From Chlorokybus atmophyticus (Eukaryota > Plantae > Mesostigma and Chlorokybus algae): 64,000 nt of DNA. How positions within the stretch are numbered: position 1 is the first letter of the stretch; each line of letters begins with the position of its first letter. The stretch covers positions 676,310 to 740,309 of the forward strand of contig RHPI01001737.1 of the NCBI GenBank assembly GCA_009103225.1. The letters run 5' to 3'. Position numbers and translations under genes: made by a program. The notes under the pieces were generated by a model. The model worked only from the letters and a program-made list of their open reading frames with translations. It made no database searches and was not told where the DNA came from. Shown piece after piece: positions 1 through 10,803 of the stretch.

Positions 1-2071
1 CCGTCTGCGAGGACCGGCAGCAGCTGCAGCACCGCCACTTTCTCCACCACCTGAAAGGAGTGGTCGGACAGGAAGAAATCTACTGTGCTTGTGGGTGCCT
101 TGAAGTGCGAAACCCGCAGAGTCGCCTTGCATGCATTCAGCCTGTGCACATCTGCTCGAGAGCACGTGTTGTTGGCTTTTGTGTTCAACACAAAAGCAAC
201 ACCAAAGACATGCCTGGCCTGCAAAATCTGTCTCGTGGATGGACGCATTCGTTCCTTCGCGGCGTCGAACACAGCAGCAAGCAGGTGGTCAATGATGCCT
301 CTCAGCACATGCATTGCGTCAGGGGCAAGACGAGAGTAGCAGTCAGCTCCCGGCACCCGCGACTGTCGCCAACCCCACAGTGCATTCTGTTGCCAAACCA
401 CATTGCCTGGTTTCACGGAAAGCCATTCATCCTCACGAATGCCGGTAATTTGACCATTACCTCCTCGACATGCATGGAGTGCTGCTCTTTGAAAGCCTTG
501 GCTGTCTGGCGTGCATTCCTAACACCGCTATGCAGGTCCGCCCGCAGCTGACGTATTGCTGGTGTGTAGAAGGCCTCGGTTCTCAATTCCCGGTCCTCAT
601 CCATCTCCAACAGATCTGATTTGATGACGAGACAAACATCGCAAGGATGTCGTATTTGGTTGCCCGACACAGTGCGTGCGAGTGTGACAGTCTCCTACAA
701 CACGACAAACTCAGATGTTCTACTGACAACATCCTCCATGCACTGTTTGCTGGCAGGCTGCATCCGGTTACAACCATTCATGCCCACTACCTGCAAATCG
801 GTGATGTAGTTGGCAAGCGCGGGAAACACACGACGCTCGATGCCATTCGGGTCGATGAGTTGCAGACCTTCCCAACTCGCCCGCTTCACATCCCCTAACA
901 CTACATTCAAAGCGTCATGAAAAATCTCACGTTTCCGAATGGAGAACGATTCCTTGCCCTGCGCCCACGTGGGATGCCCTGCTACTGCGTGAAGCACCGG
1001 CAGAAGCGCTATCATAACAACCCCCATGTTGCTAGCATACATGTCCCAACTGTAGTTGGCAAGCGATGCCATCAGAGGGTAGCCAGAGCGCTTGCCCGCG
1101 CTGTCCAGCGTGGTCTTGTCACTGTACAGAATGGCAGGCGCCAAGTAGGACGCTTCCCCCACCTCTCTCCTCAAATCCACCTCCACATCCTTCCACCAAT
1201 CGCCCGTGGAAGGATGGCCAAAGCTGTGCTCGTCATCAGTGTATTGGAGATTGAAGCCATTGGCGGCATGTGGATTGCCATACAACCGCGCGAGCCATAC
1301 CTGCTCCGACCAAGAGCATTACTTACTATGCTGGCCTCAGAATAGATACTGCATCGATACTGCATTAGGTACTGCATTTCATAGACCTTGGCCGGCATAT
1401 ATGTGACGCAGATGTCCTGATCCTCAGGGTCTCCAGGCTTGCGCAGGTCAGCCGTCACGTAGTTCTGATACGGCAGCACACTCGCATCTGCATATGTGAC
1501 ATGGCTCTGATGGTTGAAGCACATGCACTGCACACCGTGAACACACCTCAGAGTGAGAGAAAGCAATCGTGGTCCGGAGGTAGCTGGCCGCATGCACACC
1601 GGTCTCCCACTGGAGCTATTCCGTCAGGAAGTGTGCATTTCGGATGCACTTGATGATCCGCCCCATGTCGGAGGCCGACAAGCCTTGGCCGTTGTTGCAC
1701 TGCACGAATGCCACTGCAAGAGCATGCTCCGAGCCATACCACCTGGGTTTCGACGCGTGCGAAGGGACGCCTCCACTTCCATGTTGGCGTGCCATCGGTT
1801 TCTCAGGCACACGCACACATCGAAAGCCCTCGTTCACTTCCTCCTCCTCTTGTTGCTGCTGTGCGTGTGTCTCCTGGAGGAATCCTTCAGCATCAAGCAT
1901 GTGAGCATCCTGGATCGAACTCCCCGGTTCAACATGACCCGCATCGTACTGTAATGGACGCTGGCCGACATACAGCTTGATCTGCTTGCACACCCTGCTG
2001 CTAATAATGTGCATGTAGACCGAGCTGCGTGTGGCGAAGCGCATGTGGCAATACGGACAAAGGACTCCCAT
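1..2071 (-). pseudogene. Plavaka transposase with N-terminal C2H2-like zinc finger, spliced, with in-frame stop; 3' part runs off window
   Basis: CPYCHMRFATRSSVYMH (ZnF-like); GHPSTGDWW, PAILYSDKTTL, YPLMASLAN, FPALANYITDL, HPCDVC, APDAMHML match Plavaka transposase motifs; GT-AG introns join the pieces; TAG at 1616-1618 interrupts the frame. Confidence 0.8.
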
Positions 2072-2138
2072 ATCTCACTACTAACGTCGACACAGGTGTC
2101 GCCAATGTAACCTGCATCATATCCAGCAACACGCACAC

Positions 2139-2170
<32 letters not shown>

Positions 2171-2240
2171 GCCACCGCCACCGCTACCGCTACCCTTGCA
2201 TGCCAGAGGCGGGAAACTTGGCCGCCAGTCACTGGCTCCG

Positions 2241-2431
2241 TCGTACCATTATAATGGTACGATCGAGCCATTGCACGTCCAGGGTGAGTCTCTGGATATT
2301 TTTATATACATATATATTCTGATTGAACCGTTTCAATGGTACGAAGATGCCTTTGCCAAAAGGTATAGGCATTGTACAAAGGTACCATTGAAATGGTACC
2401 TTTGTACAATGGCAATGGCAGTTCGTACCAT
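2241..2431. repeat. Cluster of palindromes built on ATGGTAC/GTACCAT
   Basis: Perfect 22-bp palindrome TCGTACCATTATAATGGTACGA (2241-2262); 19-bp-arm inverted repeat 2370-2388/2393-2411; six copies of the heptamer in 190 bp. Confidence 0.9.
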
Positions 2432-2513
2432 TGACAACTCTGGCAATGTCAGTCCCCCTGCGCATGAAAACACCATTGATAGCTCCGCCAAGCTATGCCC
2501 TTACAGGGGCGTG

Positions 2514-3448
2514 ATGCCGAGGGTATGTGGCGTTTGGAAGATCGTTGGCGGCGCTGCCAGGGGCGTAGTGGGCATTGTGGTCGAGGTCCGGGATGAATTC
2601 CATGTTCGCACAGGGCGGGCAGGGTGCCGGAGGGGTGTCCTCGGTGTCAAACCCCACCAAGACTACCAAGGGCACATCCAATGACAACAGTGACTCGGGC
2701 GATATCTTACAGGGCTCCCCCTCCGAGTGGGCAAAGGCACACCACAATACTGCCTCTAAGAAAATCCGACCCACCAGCAGCTGCGACCACGGCGACATGA
2801 TTGAAGGGACCAAACAAGACTGGCATAACCAAGGTGGGTTACGATGCACTGTCAATGCCACATGCTAGGGTTCTTTTATCTTGCACATGCACAGCCTCAA
2901 GTATCTTGCACTTGACATACATTGTCAATACGACATGCACACCCTCATGCACAACCTCCAGTGTCATGCACATGAACAGCATGACCAATCTCGCAAATGC
3001 ACAGCCTATTTCTACTTGCGGGAGCTCACAAGTCGCAAAAGAGAAGCTGCGGAGTCAAACGAACGGGTAATCTATGACCTAGTTTAATGTTTCCAGCGGT
3101 AATTAAGCAGTATGCTTGCAGATTGCCATGTTGGTCAGAGTGAACCAAGAGCAGCGCGGCAGGCTGACTGTCTGCCTGGCGGAGTGCAACAAAGCGGAAG
3201 ACGAGGTAAGCGTGTGTATGCTGATGGGCTAGTCCTCTGGCAGCACGCCACTCTTACAGCATTACCAAATGCAGGTGGTCACTCTCAAAGCGACCATCAA
3301 GCGCATGCGCGTGCACGGCGAGGCGCTGACATTCAAGCTGAAGGACGAAGTAGCCGCTGTACTGTCAGCGAGCGAGGCAGCGGATGAAGATGACTCCGGC
3401 GTTGAAGCAGAAGACTCGTCGGAGGAGGAACAGGAGGAGGGGGTTTGA
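2514..3448 (+). CDS. Spliced transposon accessory gene: coiled-coil protein with acidic C-terminal tail
   Basis: About 5 exons joined by GT-AG introns: MPR|GGQGAGGV...DWHNQ|AYFYLRELTSRKREAAESNER|IAMLVRVNQEQRG...AEDE|VVTLKATIKRMR...EEEQEEGV* (TGA 3446-3448). Start codon uncertain. Confidence 0.6.
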
Positions 3449-4048
3449 GGAGGAGTTCTGAGGCAGGCACCACGGGTTGACAAGCTGCGCATGAGTCCGA
3501 CACCTAGACTCAATGTTATAGGGTAGTTTCATGCGCAAGTCGGCTGCTCAGGTGTAAGTGGACATACTCTCACCATTGCCCGTACATTGTATATATTGTG
3601 CGCTTTTAGGTGCAAGACCAAACAATCAGTCAAAGGTTTGTACAAGCTGCATGGCATGTTAGTGTTGGCTTACGGCAAGAATTGCCAACTTTTGTCAAAC
3701 GGCAAGGGTCACATATTAACAGCAGTGTAACGGCAAAGAAGTTGCCGGCTATTGCTGTCAGCTGTCCGTAACTACCGGCTAACGGCCGTCTGTGCACATC
3801 GACCAAAGGGTAACTGGTTGACAACTCTCGGCCGGTTAGGGCCACTGACAACCACTTTCGGCCCGCGGCCGTCTGCGTCAGTCCACTTAAGCCAACGGCA
3901 AACCCAACAGTCCAAAAGTAATATTTCAGGCAGCGACATGCAGGCTCAGGCAGGCTCAGGCACCAGTCAGTCCCTCAATCCTTAGTCAGTCACCGTGTAA
4001 AATTTGGGACGTTGTGATTGCTGTTAGGTTATGATGGTTTCAAAGATT

Positions 4049-5800
4049 CTTTGGGGTAGTGAGTGCCTTCCCACCTCGTACCAATGGAAACGCGATTTGT
4101 AAAACGCGTTCTGACGCGTAATTATGTCGCTGGCTGCCAGTGCGCGCGACACTTAACGCACCATTGACGTTTGTCGTTGCCATGTCGCGCTAAAGATGTT
4201 TCGCGCCTTTTACGCAGCGCTTGGCAACTGCGTTTTTGACAAAGCTATCGCCTCGTTTCTGTATTGTTTTTATTAACGCAGTGCGGCGTAACGGTTGCGC
4301 AACTTTTTGTGTGTAGTACCAAATCAATATCGACTTCAAAGCAATTTACTGATTTCACATATCGTCTTAAAACCGTTTTGTACATTGTTGTACTCATCTG
4401 ATACGATCAACTATGTGCGTTTTTAACTAACATGCTTGAAATAGTTACGTTGGCACTTTATTTAGGTTATCAATTGGATGGTGATGATTGGTAATGTGTC
4501 GAGCAAACGACACTTACAATATCAATCCAACGCTTGTGAATTAAAGCAAGCTGTAACCCCCCACATGCATCCATATGCCGCAATATGTACACGATCAAAA
4601 TGCCGGATTTACTATCACATCATACGCTGTTTGATATGGATATTTTTTTCGCCTGTTGTTCATGTTTGATGACGCAGTAACTATAGCGTGTAATAAATTA
4701 GCGCTACATGGTAGAGTGGATTAGTTAGAACGAGGCTGAGTAGTTGCGGCATGTCTTTGGGGTATGGGGCCTGCCCCGACCTCGTACCGCCAAAAACGCG
4801 GCCGTTTTGACCACTAACTGTAATGCAATTGCACCGAGTCCCTAGCGATTTTGAGTCGCCGCTGGTCCGCAGTTGCCGCTGAGATATTTTTTAGCATCTT
4901 TTACGCATCTTTGCAATGATTGGCCATTTCGCTGCCTTTTTCGGCAACGGCTGTTGTCACCGTTGCGATCCCATTTGATCAATCTTATGCGTGACCAAAT
5001 GGTGGCCTAACGATGCAATTTTTCGTTTAGTTAAATCTTAACGTTAAGGTAATTCAGGTTAGCATTATTCTGATGGTTGTAACCTCGGCATTATTTACTG
5101 AGTATCGCAGCACGTACCGTGGCGTGAACGTTACGTTAAAAGTTAAGTTTTGAAACACTTAACTGCAGGTTGCTAACCAAATTGCACCATATTGCACCAT
5201 ATTGCAGCATATGTATTTATATCGCAACATATGTGCTTCATACTGCAACACATCACAGATATTGTTTTGCCACCTTAGATAAGTGTGTTACATTTCAAAT
5301 CATATGAGCCATATGCAACAATATGCCGGCATGTGCATCGTGCACGTTGTGCTCATTATTGATATTTATTCGCATATAGTTTGAGCAGTTTCATGAAGTG
5401 GGAATGTGCTTTGGACGATCGAGATCTATATTTAACAGAGCGAACGGCTAATAGTTAATAAACGCCACCTAGCCAATGAGCGGCATGCTGGCCGCGCAGC
5501 CCGGCAGTCGCGGGTGCCGCATGTGATGCCCTCGGGGTGAGGTTTGCGTGTGCCCTAATGCCGGCCGCCCCGCCCAATCAGCCGCACCGCTCGTTGCGGC
5601 CAAAAGTGGCCATGTGCACCGTGCATGTAGATACTCATTATTTTGTACTTATTTGGCATATATTTGAGCAATTGCGTAACATGGGGATGTGCTTTTTATG
5701 GCCTATAAGCAGATCCAACAGGTTGTAAGAAGTGCCCGCCGCCCAGCCAATGAGAGGCAGGCGAGCATACTTTGCAGCTTGGCAATCGCGGGTGCCAGAT
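4049..5800 (+). repeat. Diverged tandem duplications (offsets ~706 bp and ~275 bp)
   Basis: CTTTGGGGTA, ACCTCGTACC and AAACGCG each recur at exactly +706 (4049/4755, 4073/4779, 4088/4794); AGCCAATGAG and TCGCGGGTGCC recur at +274/+278 (5471/5745, 5508/5786). Confidence 0.55.
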
Positions 5801-5938
5801 GTGTGATGGCAAGTGGTTTGGCTCGTGATGAGCACATGCTGCATGAGTGCGTGACATGGTGTTGTAAGCAACACAACAATTCGCACTCTAAAACTGGTTT
5901 GGCTCATGGTGGGCCATAAAAGCGTGTATCGTGAGTAG

Positions 5939-6012
5939 TGGCCAGAGGGAGGCTCGAACTCCCGACCTTTTGCGTGTAAGGCAAACGTGATAACCAGCTA
6001 CACCATCCGACC
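5939..6012 (-). tRNA. trnV: tRNA-Val(UAC), intronless
   Basis: Reverse complement GGTCGGATGGTGTAGCTGGTTATCACGTTTGCCTTACACGCAAAAGGTCGGGAGTTCGAGCCTCCCTCTGGCCA folds as a cloverleaf: anticodon arm TTTGC-CTTACAC-GCAAA, T arm GGGAG-TTCGAGC-CTCCC. Confidence 0.96.
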
Positions 6013-6665
6013 GGATGTCCCCAAATCAGACTGTTATGCTGTCCAGCTAAATGTTGTTAGGGTTTGCTCGGATATGCAATCCGCCTATGTTTTGCTGCCG
6101 GAGGCAGGTGGAACGGCCGGGCCATGGGCGGTGTGGGCGGCTCTTCAGTGCTTGTGCTGAAGACAAGTCCACTTCTGATGTGTGCTGCTGGAGCGGGTTG
6201 GGTTGAATTCAACTAAGGGCGGCCGTTAGGTAAACGCATTCAATGGTGTCGGTTGTCCGTCGCATTGCATGCAAGGCAGCCGCAGGTTGCTTATTCAGGT
6301 CAATCTGTCGCTGCAATTGTTTGTTCTTCAGCAACTGTAGCTGCTCAAAAGATATTGCTGTTAAGAGCATGTTCAGCAAGATGCATGGGGATGGAGCAGT
6401 CAATGCACCGTACCAGAAGCACAGAAACAGAGGCTTCCGGCAATGGCAGCGCCTTTTTAGCCGCTTCTATCACCGGGCTTGAAACCCGCACAACTGTAAT
6501 TTGCTAGATGTTGGTTATGCTGCATTGGCTGCAACTTTTAGTTATGTTGTCTTCCGGTAGAAGCTCAAGCTGGTTGCTGTCGTTGTTGCTTGCATTAGAC
6601 GTGTGGCAGCGGTGTAGTGTCTGCGCTCAACGAGCTTGTGCTCTCATTCTTTGGAGCAGATACAA

Positions 6666-9600
6666 ATGGCAGACAGTGAGCAGCATAGAAGAGGTGGTAG
6701 CCGAGCAGAGGCGGAGAAAGAGCCGTTGAGAAAGCGTGCAGCGCAAGAGGCGATTCCCAATACGAGTAACAGTAAGAAGGCTCGCTGGGAGCAAGAAGAG
6801 CAGGTGCGTGCTGCCCGCTTGGCTGCGCAAGCGCTGCAGCCAGCCGGTAAAGCTAAAGACGTCACAAACAGACATAGGAACAACCGCTCTCGAAGGGAGC
6901 TTGCAGCTGAGTCAGATCCTACAGCAGGTGGTGACAGTGACCTTGGTAAGCCCGCAAGATTTGCTGCTGCTTCGTAGCTCGCAGTAGTCCTTTGCTCGTG
7001 TCGCTCGCGCCTTGCACTCAGCTCCACCGGATCATGTCTGTCAAAGCATCCAGTGTGAATAGCCAATGTCTTAACTTGCTCTCTTTCTTGCTTGCTTTCG
7101 CTAAGCTTGCCCAAAATATATTTGCAGATCGCTGGCAACCCAATAATGATCGCTGGATGCCTCCATCATCACCAGCCCGTGCAGATCCGCCAGCTGCAGC
7201 AGCACGGCCTGTCGCTACCAGTGCACAACTTGATGCAAGCCAGCAAGCTCACAAGGGCAGGACTGCATCGGAAGATGAGACGCAACTGGTTAAAAGCCGC
7301 GACCCAAAGAAGAGTAAGCGAAAACAGGACAAACCCGCGAAGGAAAAGGGCCGGTTGAAGGATAAGCGTGGAGATGCAGACAGTGACAAAGCCAAAAAAA
7401 AGCGCAAGGAAGGGAAGAGTCGCAAACCTGATGCTGTGCAGGATAGACCTCTGGACCAAGATCAAAGTCAAAGCCAGGATACCAAGGCTTCAACTGCTGT
7501 GGATGCATCAACGAGGCAGACAAGCAGTAAGCAGGGCAGCAAGCGTCCAACTGAGCCCGCTGAGGAACTTGAGGCTGGACTGTCCCCCAGGTCGCACCGC
7601 TCATCTGATCCACGTGGCTTATCTGAGCAGAGTCCTGAGATCCATCACACCGGTACTCCGCACAGCTCAGCAAAGGACGAGCATGTGCCGATCCGGTGCT
7701 ACGATAACGGCCAAAGAGAAACTTCTGCGGGATGGAAGCATGCAGTAGCTGCTCGCATGCGCCAGCCTGAGCCAACAGAGCGAGGATATGGTGGTGAAGT
7801 GCATGGCAACCAAGACCGTTCCAGAGGACATGAGCCCATGCAGTCAGAAGCTCTTCAAGATCATGCCAGCACAGGCGCACGGAGGGAGTTGGAGCGCTCT
7901 GTTACTAACAGGAGACAGCGTGATGAGCGAGAGGACGAAGCACGGCCTTCAGGTTTGCATGAACGATCTGAGCGGCCACAGCTGAGTCGCAAACAGGAGT
8001 CTGAGAAAAGCAGGGATTGTCTTGTTGAGATTCCACGAGAGTCACGTAGGCGCCAGTCACCTTCTCCAGGTAGACAGCTCAAGCGTTTGTCCAGACCCGA
8101 CCCAGTACCTCAGGATAAACGGCAGGACAGTGTTCCCAAACCAAGGGATATTGAGCAAGTTGACAGGGCAGATGTTCGTAACAGGCGACGAGAGTCCCCA
8201 GCGCCTGATGTTGCCCAGCGCCGGCGCTCTGTTGACAGGGAGAAAGTTGGGGTTCGAGCAAGGCAGCCAAAACCATTCGCTGATGGCAGACGGCAACATT
8301 CAGCAGATCGTGATGAACCTCTGCGCGATCGACGTCGGCAACAGTCGCCTGCTGAGCGTCGGCAGGACTATGTGCGCGAGCAAATGGAGCAAAGGTACAA
8401 TGGGCACGAAACCCGCAACTCGAGGTCACCTGAGCGCGAACGTTACGGGCAGGGTGCTGAACTAGAGAAACGCTATCCAGATAAAGCTGCCGCAGCGGTC
8501 CTTGGCCGCTCTCCGGAAAGAGGGCCGTCACCTCGGCGCCTGGCTCGAGGTCCACAACCTTCCTTGGCTCGCAGACCACCGGTTGATTCCACCCCTGCAC
8601 ACAGGTGGAGCAGTCGTGTAACAGTCTGACCTGTCAATTGCATCTGACTCGCCTGCAGTTGACATGCTGCTCGACTTCACAATAAGCGTATGCCAATCCG
8701 TTGGTTTGGCTGGTCTTGACAGGGATCGGTCACCAATGCAACGAGCAAGGAGTCCTTCTGGGTATCGAGATCGAAGTCCAGATGAGGATATACGCTTGCG
8801 GCGTGCTGATGCTCAGGCAGACAGGGCAGATGGCCGGTTTGCGGAAGCAGCTGCACGCTCCAAAGGTCGCTCTTACAACGACTTCCCACCTGATGACTAT
8901 CATGCGCGAGCGTCCCGAGACTTTGCGAACAATCGTGATGAACGGTATGGTACATGCAAGTTCAATGGCCTCCGTGCCATGCAAAAGGCTGGTAGAGTTT
9001 GTGTTTTCTCATTCCAACTGGCTTTGCGTGCTGCAGGGAAATCAGAGAGCAACCAGAGCAGCATCGTGCGGGACCAGATGAACACTCTCGTCAGCGACCC
9101 CTGCACGAGCACTCGCATCCGGGGCCCGAAATTGAGCGCTTTGCGGGCAGGGGCAAGTCCATGGGACGCGGTGGTTGGAACGGCCCCGGTGGGCGGGGTG
9201 ACTTTCAGCCGTTTGGCATGCCATTTCCTGGTGGACCACGGGGCTTCACTGGATTCCCACCTGGTCCAAGAGGCTTTGCTGACGCACGTATGCTGCCGAG
9301 GGGCATGGGTGCACCTCCTGGCTTTATGGGTCCTGATGTAGCGCTGCCAGAAGACATGAGAGTCAACAAAGGCATGCCTCGCGACAGTCGTCCAGGTAGG
9401 ACATACGGTCATGTTAAAGTACAGACTCGAATCTGCAGTGTTGGTAGACATTGGCTTTTGTCCAGGGCCTCAATTGAAGCCACGTAGGGAGGAGATGCCC
9501 AGACCCCGCACAGACAGACCACACCCGGATCGCAAGGATCATGGCAAGTTAGAGTTTGCTGGACTCTCATAGCTGAGCATTTGCACGCACTGCTGACCTT

Positions 9601-10803
9601 GTTGCTGTTTGCAGACGATTCAGAGGCAGGCCGCTCCCAGGATATTCTTTCAACTCCACATAGCTCAGGCAAAACATCCAGAGCGCGCTTGGAACATGCA
9701 GGTACCTCAGTCCCCCTGGAAGATAAAGCTGTGCCCAGGGGGCCACCAAGGCTGCAGTTGCAAGCCCAACAGCTCCTTCTTGCCACCGCACATGTGTCAC
9801 GAGCACTTGCGGGTGAAGACTTGTACAGGGAGTGCATGGCTATCCTTGGCCAGGTGGACCAAACGATGGCTGCACCTGATGTTGAGGTGCGCACAACCCA
9901 ATCAACTAGGGCTCTCGTAAAGCAAGTTGGCATGATTCTGAGCAAAGTGCATGTGTGCCTGCGCCTGTCTCTTCCTGTGTGTCGATCTGCAAGAATTGCA
10001 ATCAAGCGTCAAAGTGACCAGTGACAATGCAGGCGCAGGTGGACAATACGCAAACAGCAGAGGATGGCGTTGCAAGTGTGCAGCCATGCCATGAGGAGTT
10101 CAAGGTATCTACAGCTGTGCAAATCCTTCTGCATGACAGGTGTCAACACTTGCATTGTAATCACCTCCCACTCCCTTGCTTATAGGCTTGCCTGGACCAA
10201 CACCAAAAGCCTGTCATGGAAGGGCGCGCAGTTCCATCACATCACGGGTTCTTCACTGTGCCATCCCAGGAACTGGCTGTTTACTTGAGTTCGTGCAGCG
10301 CATCTACCAACTTATGGTCCACTTTGGGAGCCATGGAAAGCACCCAGAAAGCTGTTCAGTTGCCCACAGCTCCTCAAACCCTTGTTAAATATGTTGGCTG
10401 CCCAGCTGAGGCTGGTGAGGCCACCAAGGAACTGGAAAAAGAGGTCCATCTGGCCGAGCGCATAAATGGTCAACTTGGTGAAGCGCGTAGCATTGGGCAA
10501 ATTGATAATCCCCCGTCGGCAGCTGAGTTTGCAGCAAGTGACCTTCCCGATTTAAGTCATGTTGCAGCGGTGGAAGCTATCGAAGAAGATGCAGTCATGT
10601 ACAGTAGCGAGGATGATGACCCAGCATCTGGTCCACTGCAAGACATGGCGGATGCTGAGTATACGCAGGCCTCTGATATGCAGGCGTGGCATCCGAAGGC
10701 CAAGGACAGCCTAACTTTAGACCACGGTACACCTGCAGAGGTTATCAAAGACGCGACTGAGGAGTGTGGTGCTGCCGAGCAGCCAGAGTGCAAGCGGAAT
10801 TGA
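6666..10803 (+). CDS. Large low-complexity nuclear-type protein (K/R/E/D-rich, RS/RSP repeats, RGG and G/P/F-rich block); possibly two genes
   Basis: Long open exons (7128-8610 etc.) encoding RRRQSPSP, RDRSPMQRARSP, RGRGKSMGRGGWNGPGGRGDF...PPGFMGP; splice sites flank the ORF pieces; splicing around 9400-9610 not resolved; no globular domain recognised. Confidence 0.6.

Larger units (their letters stand above)
1..3997 (-). mobile_element. Plavaka-type (CMC/CACTA-related) DNA transposon, decayed, other end outside window
   Basis: Plavaka-like transposase on minus strand, divergent second gene, motif-rich subterminal region ~3700-3990, and a putative terminus ...GTCAGTCACCGTG at 3997 (reads CACGGTGACTGAC inward, a CAC-type end). 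Boundary is inferred; no TSD can be checked. Confidence 0.6.
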
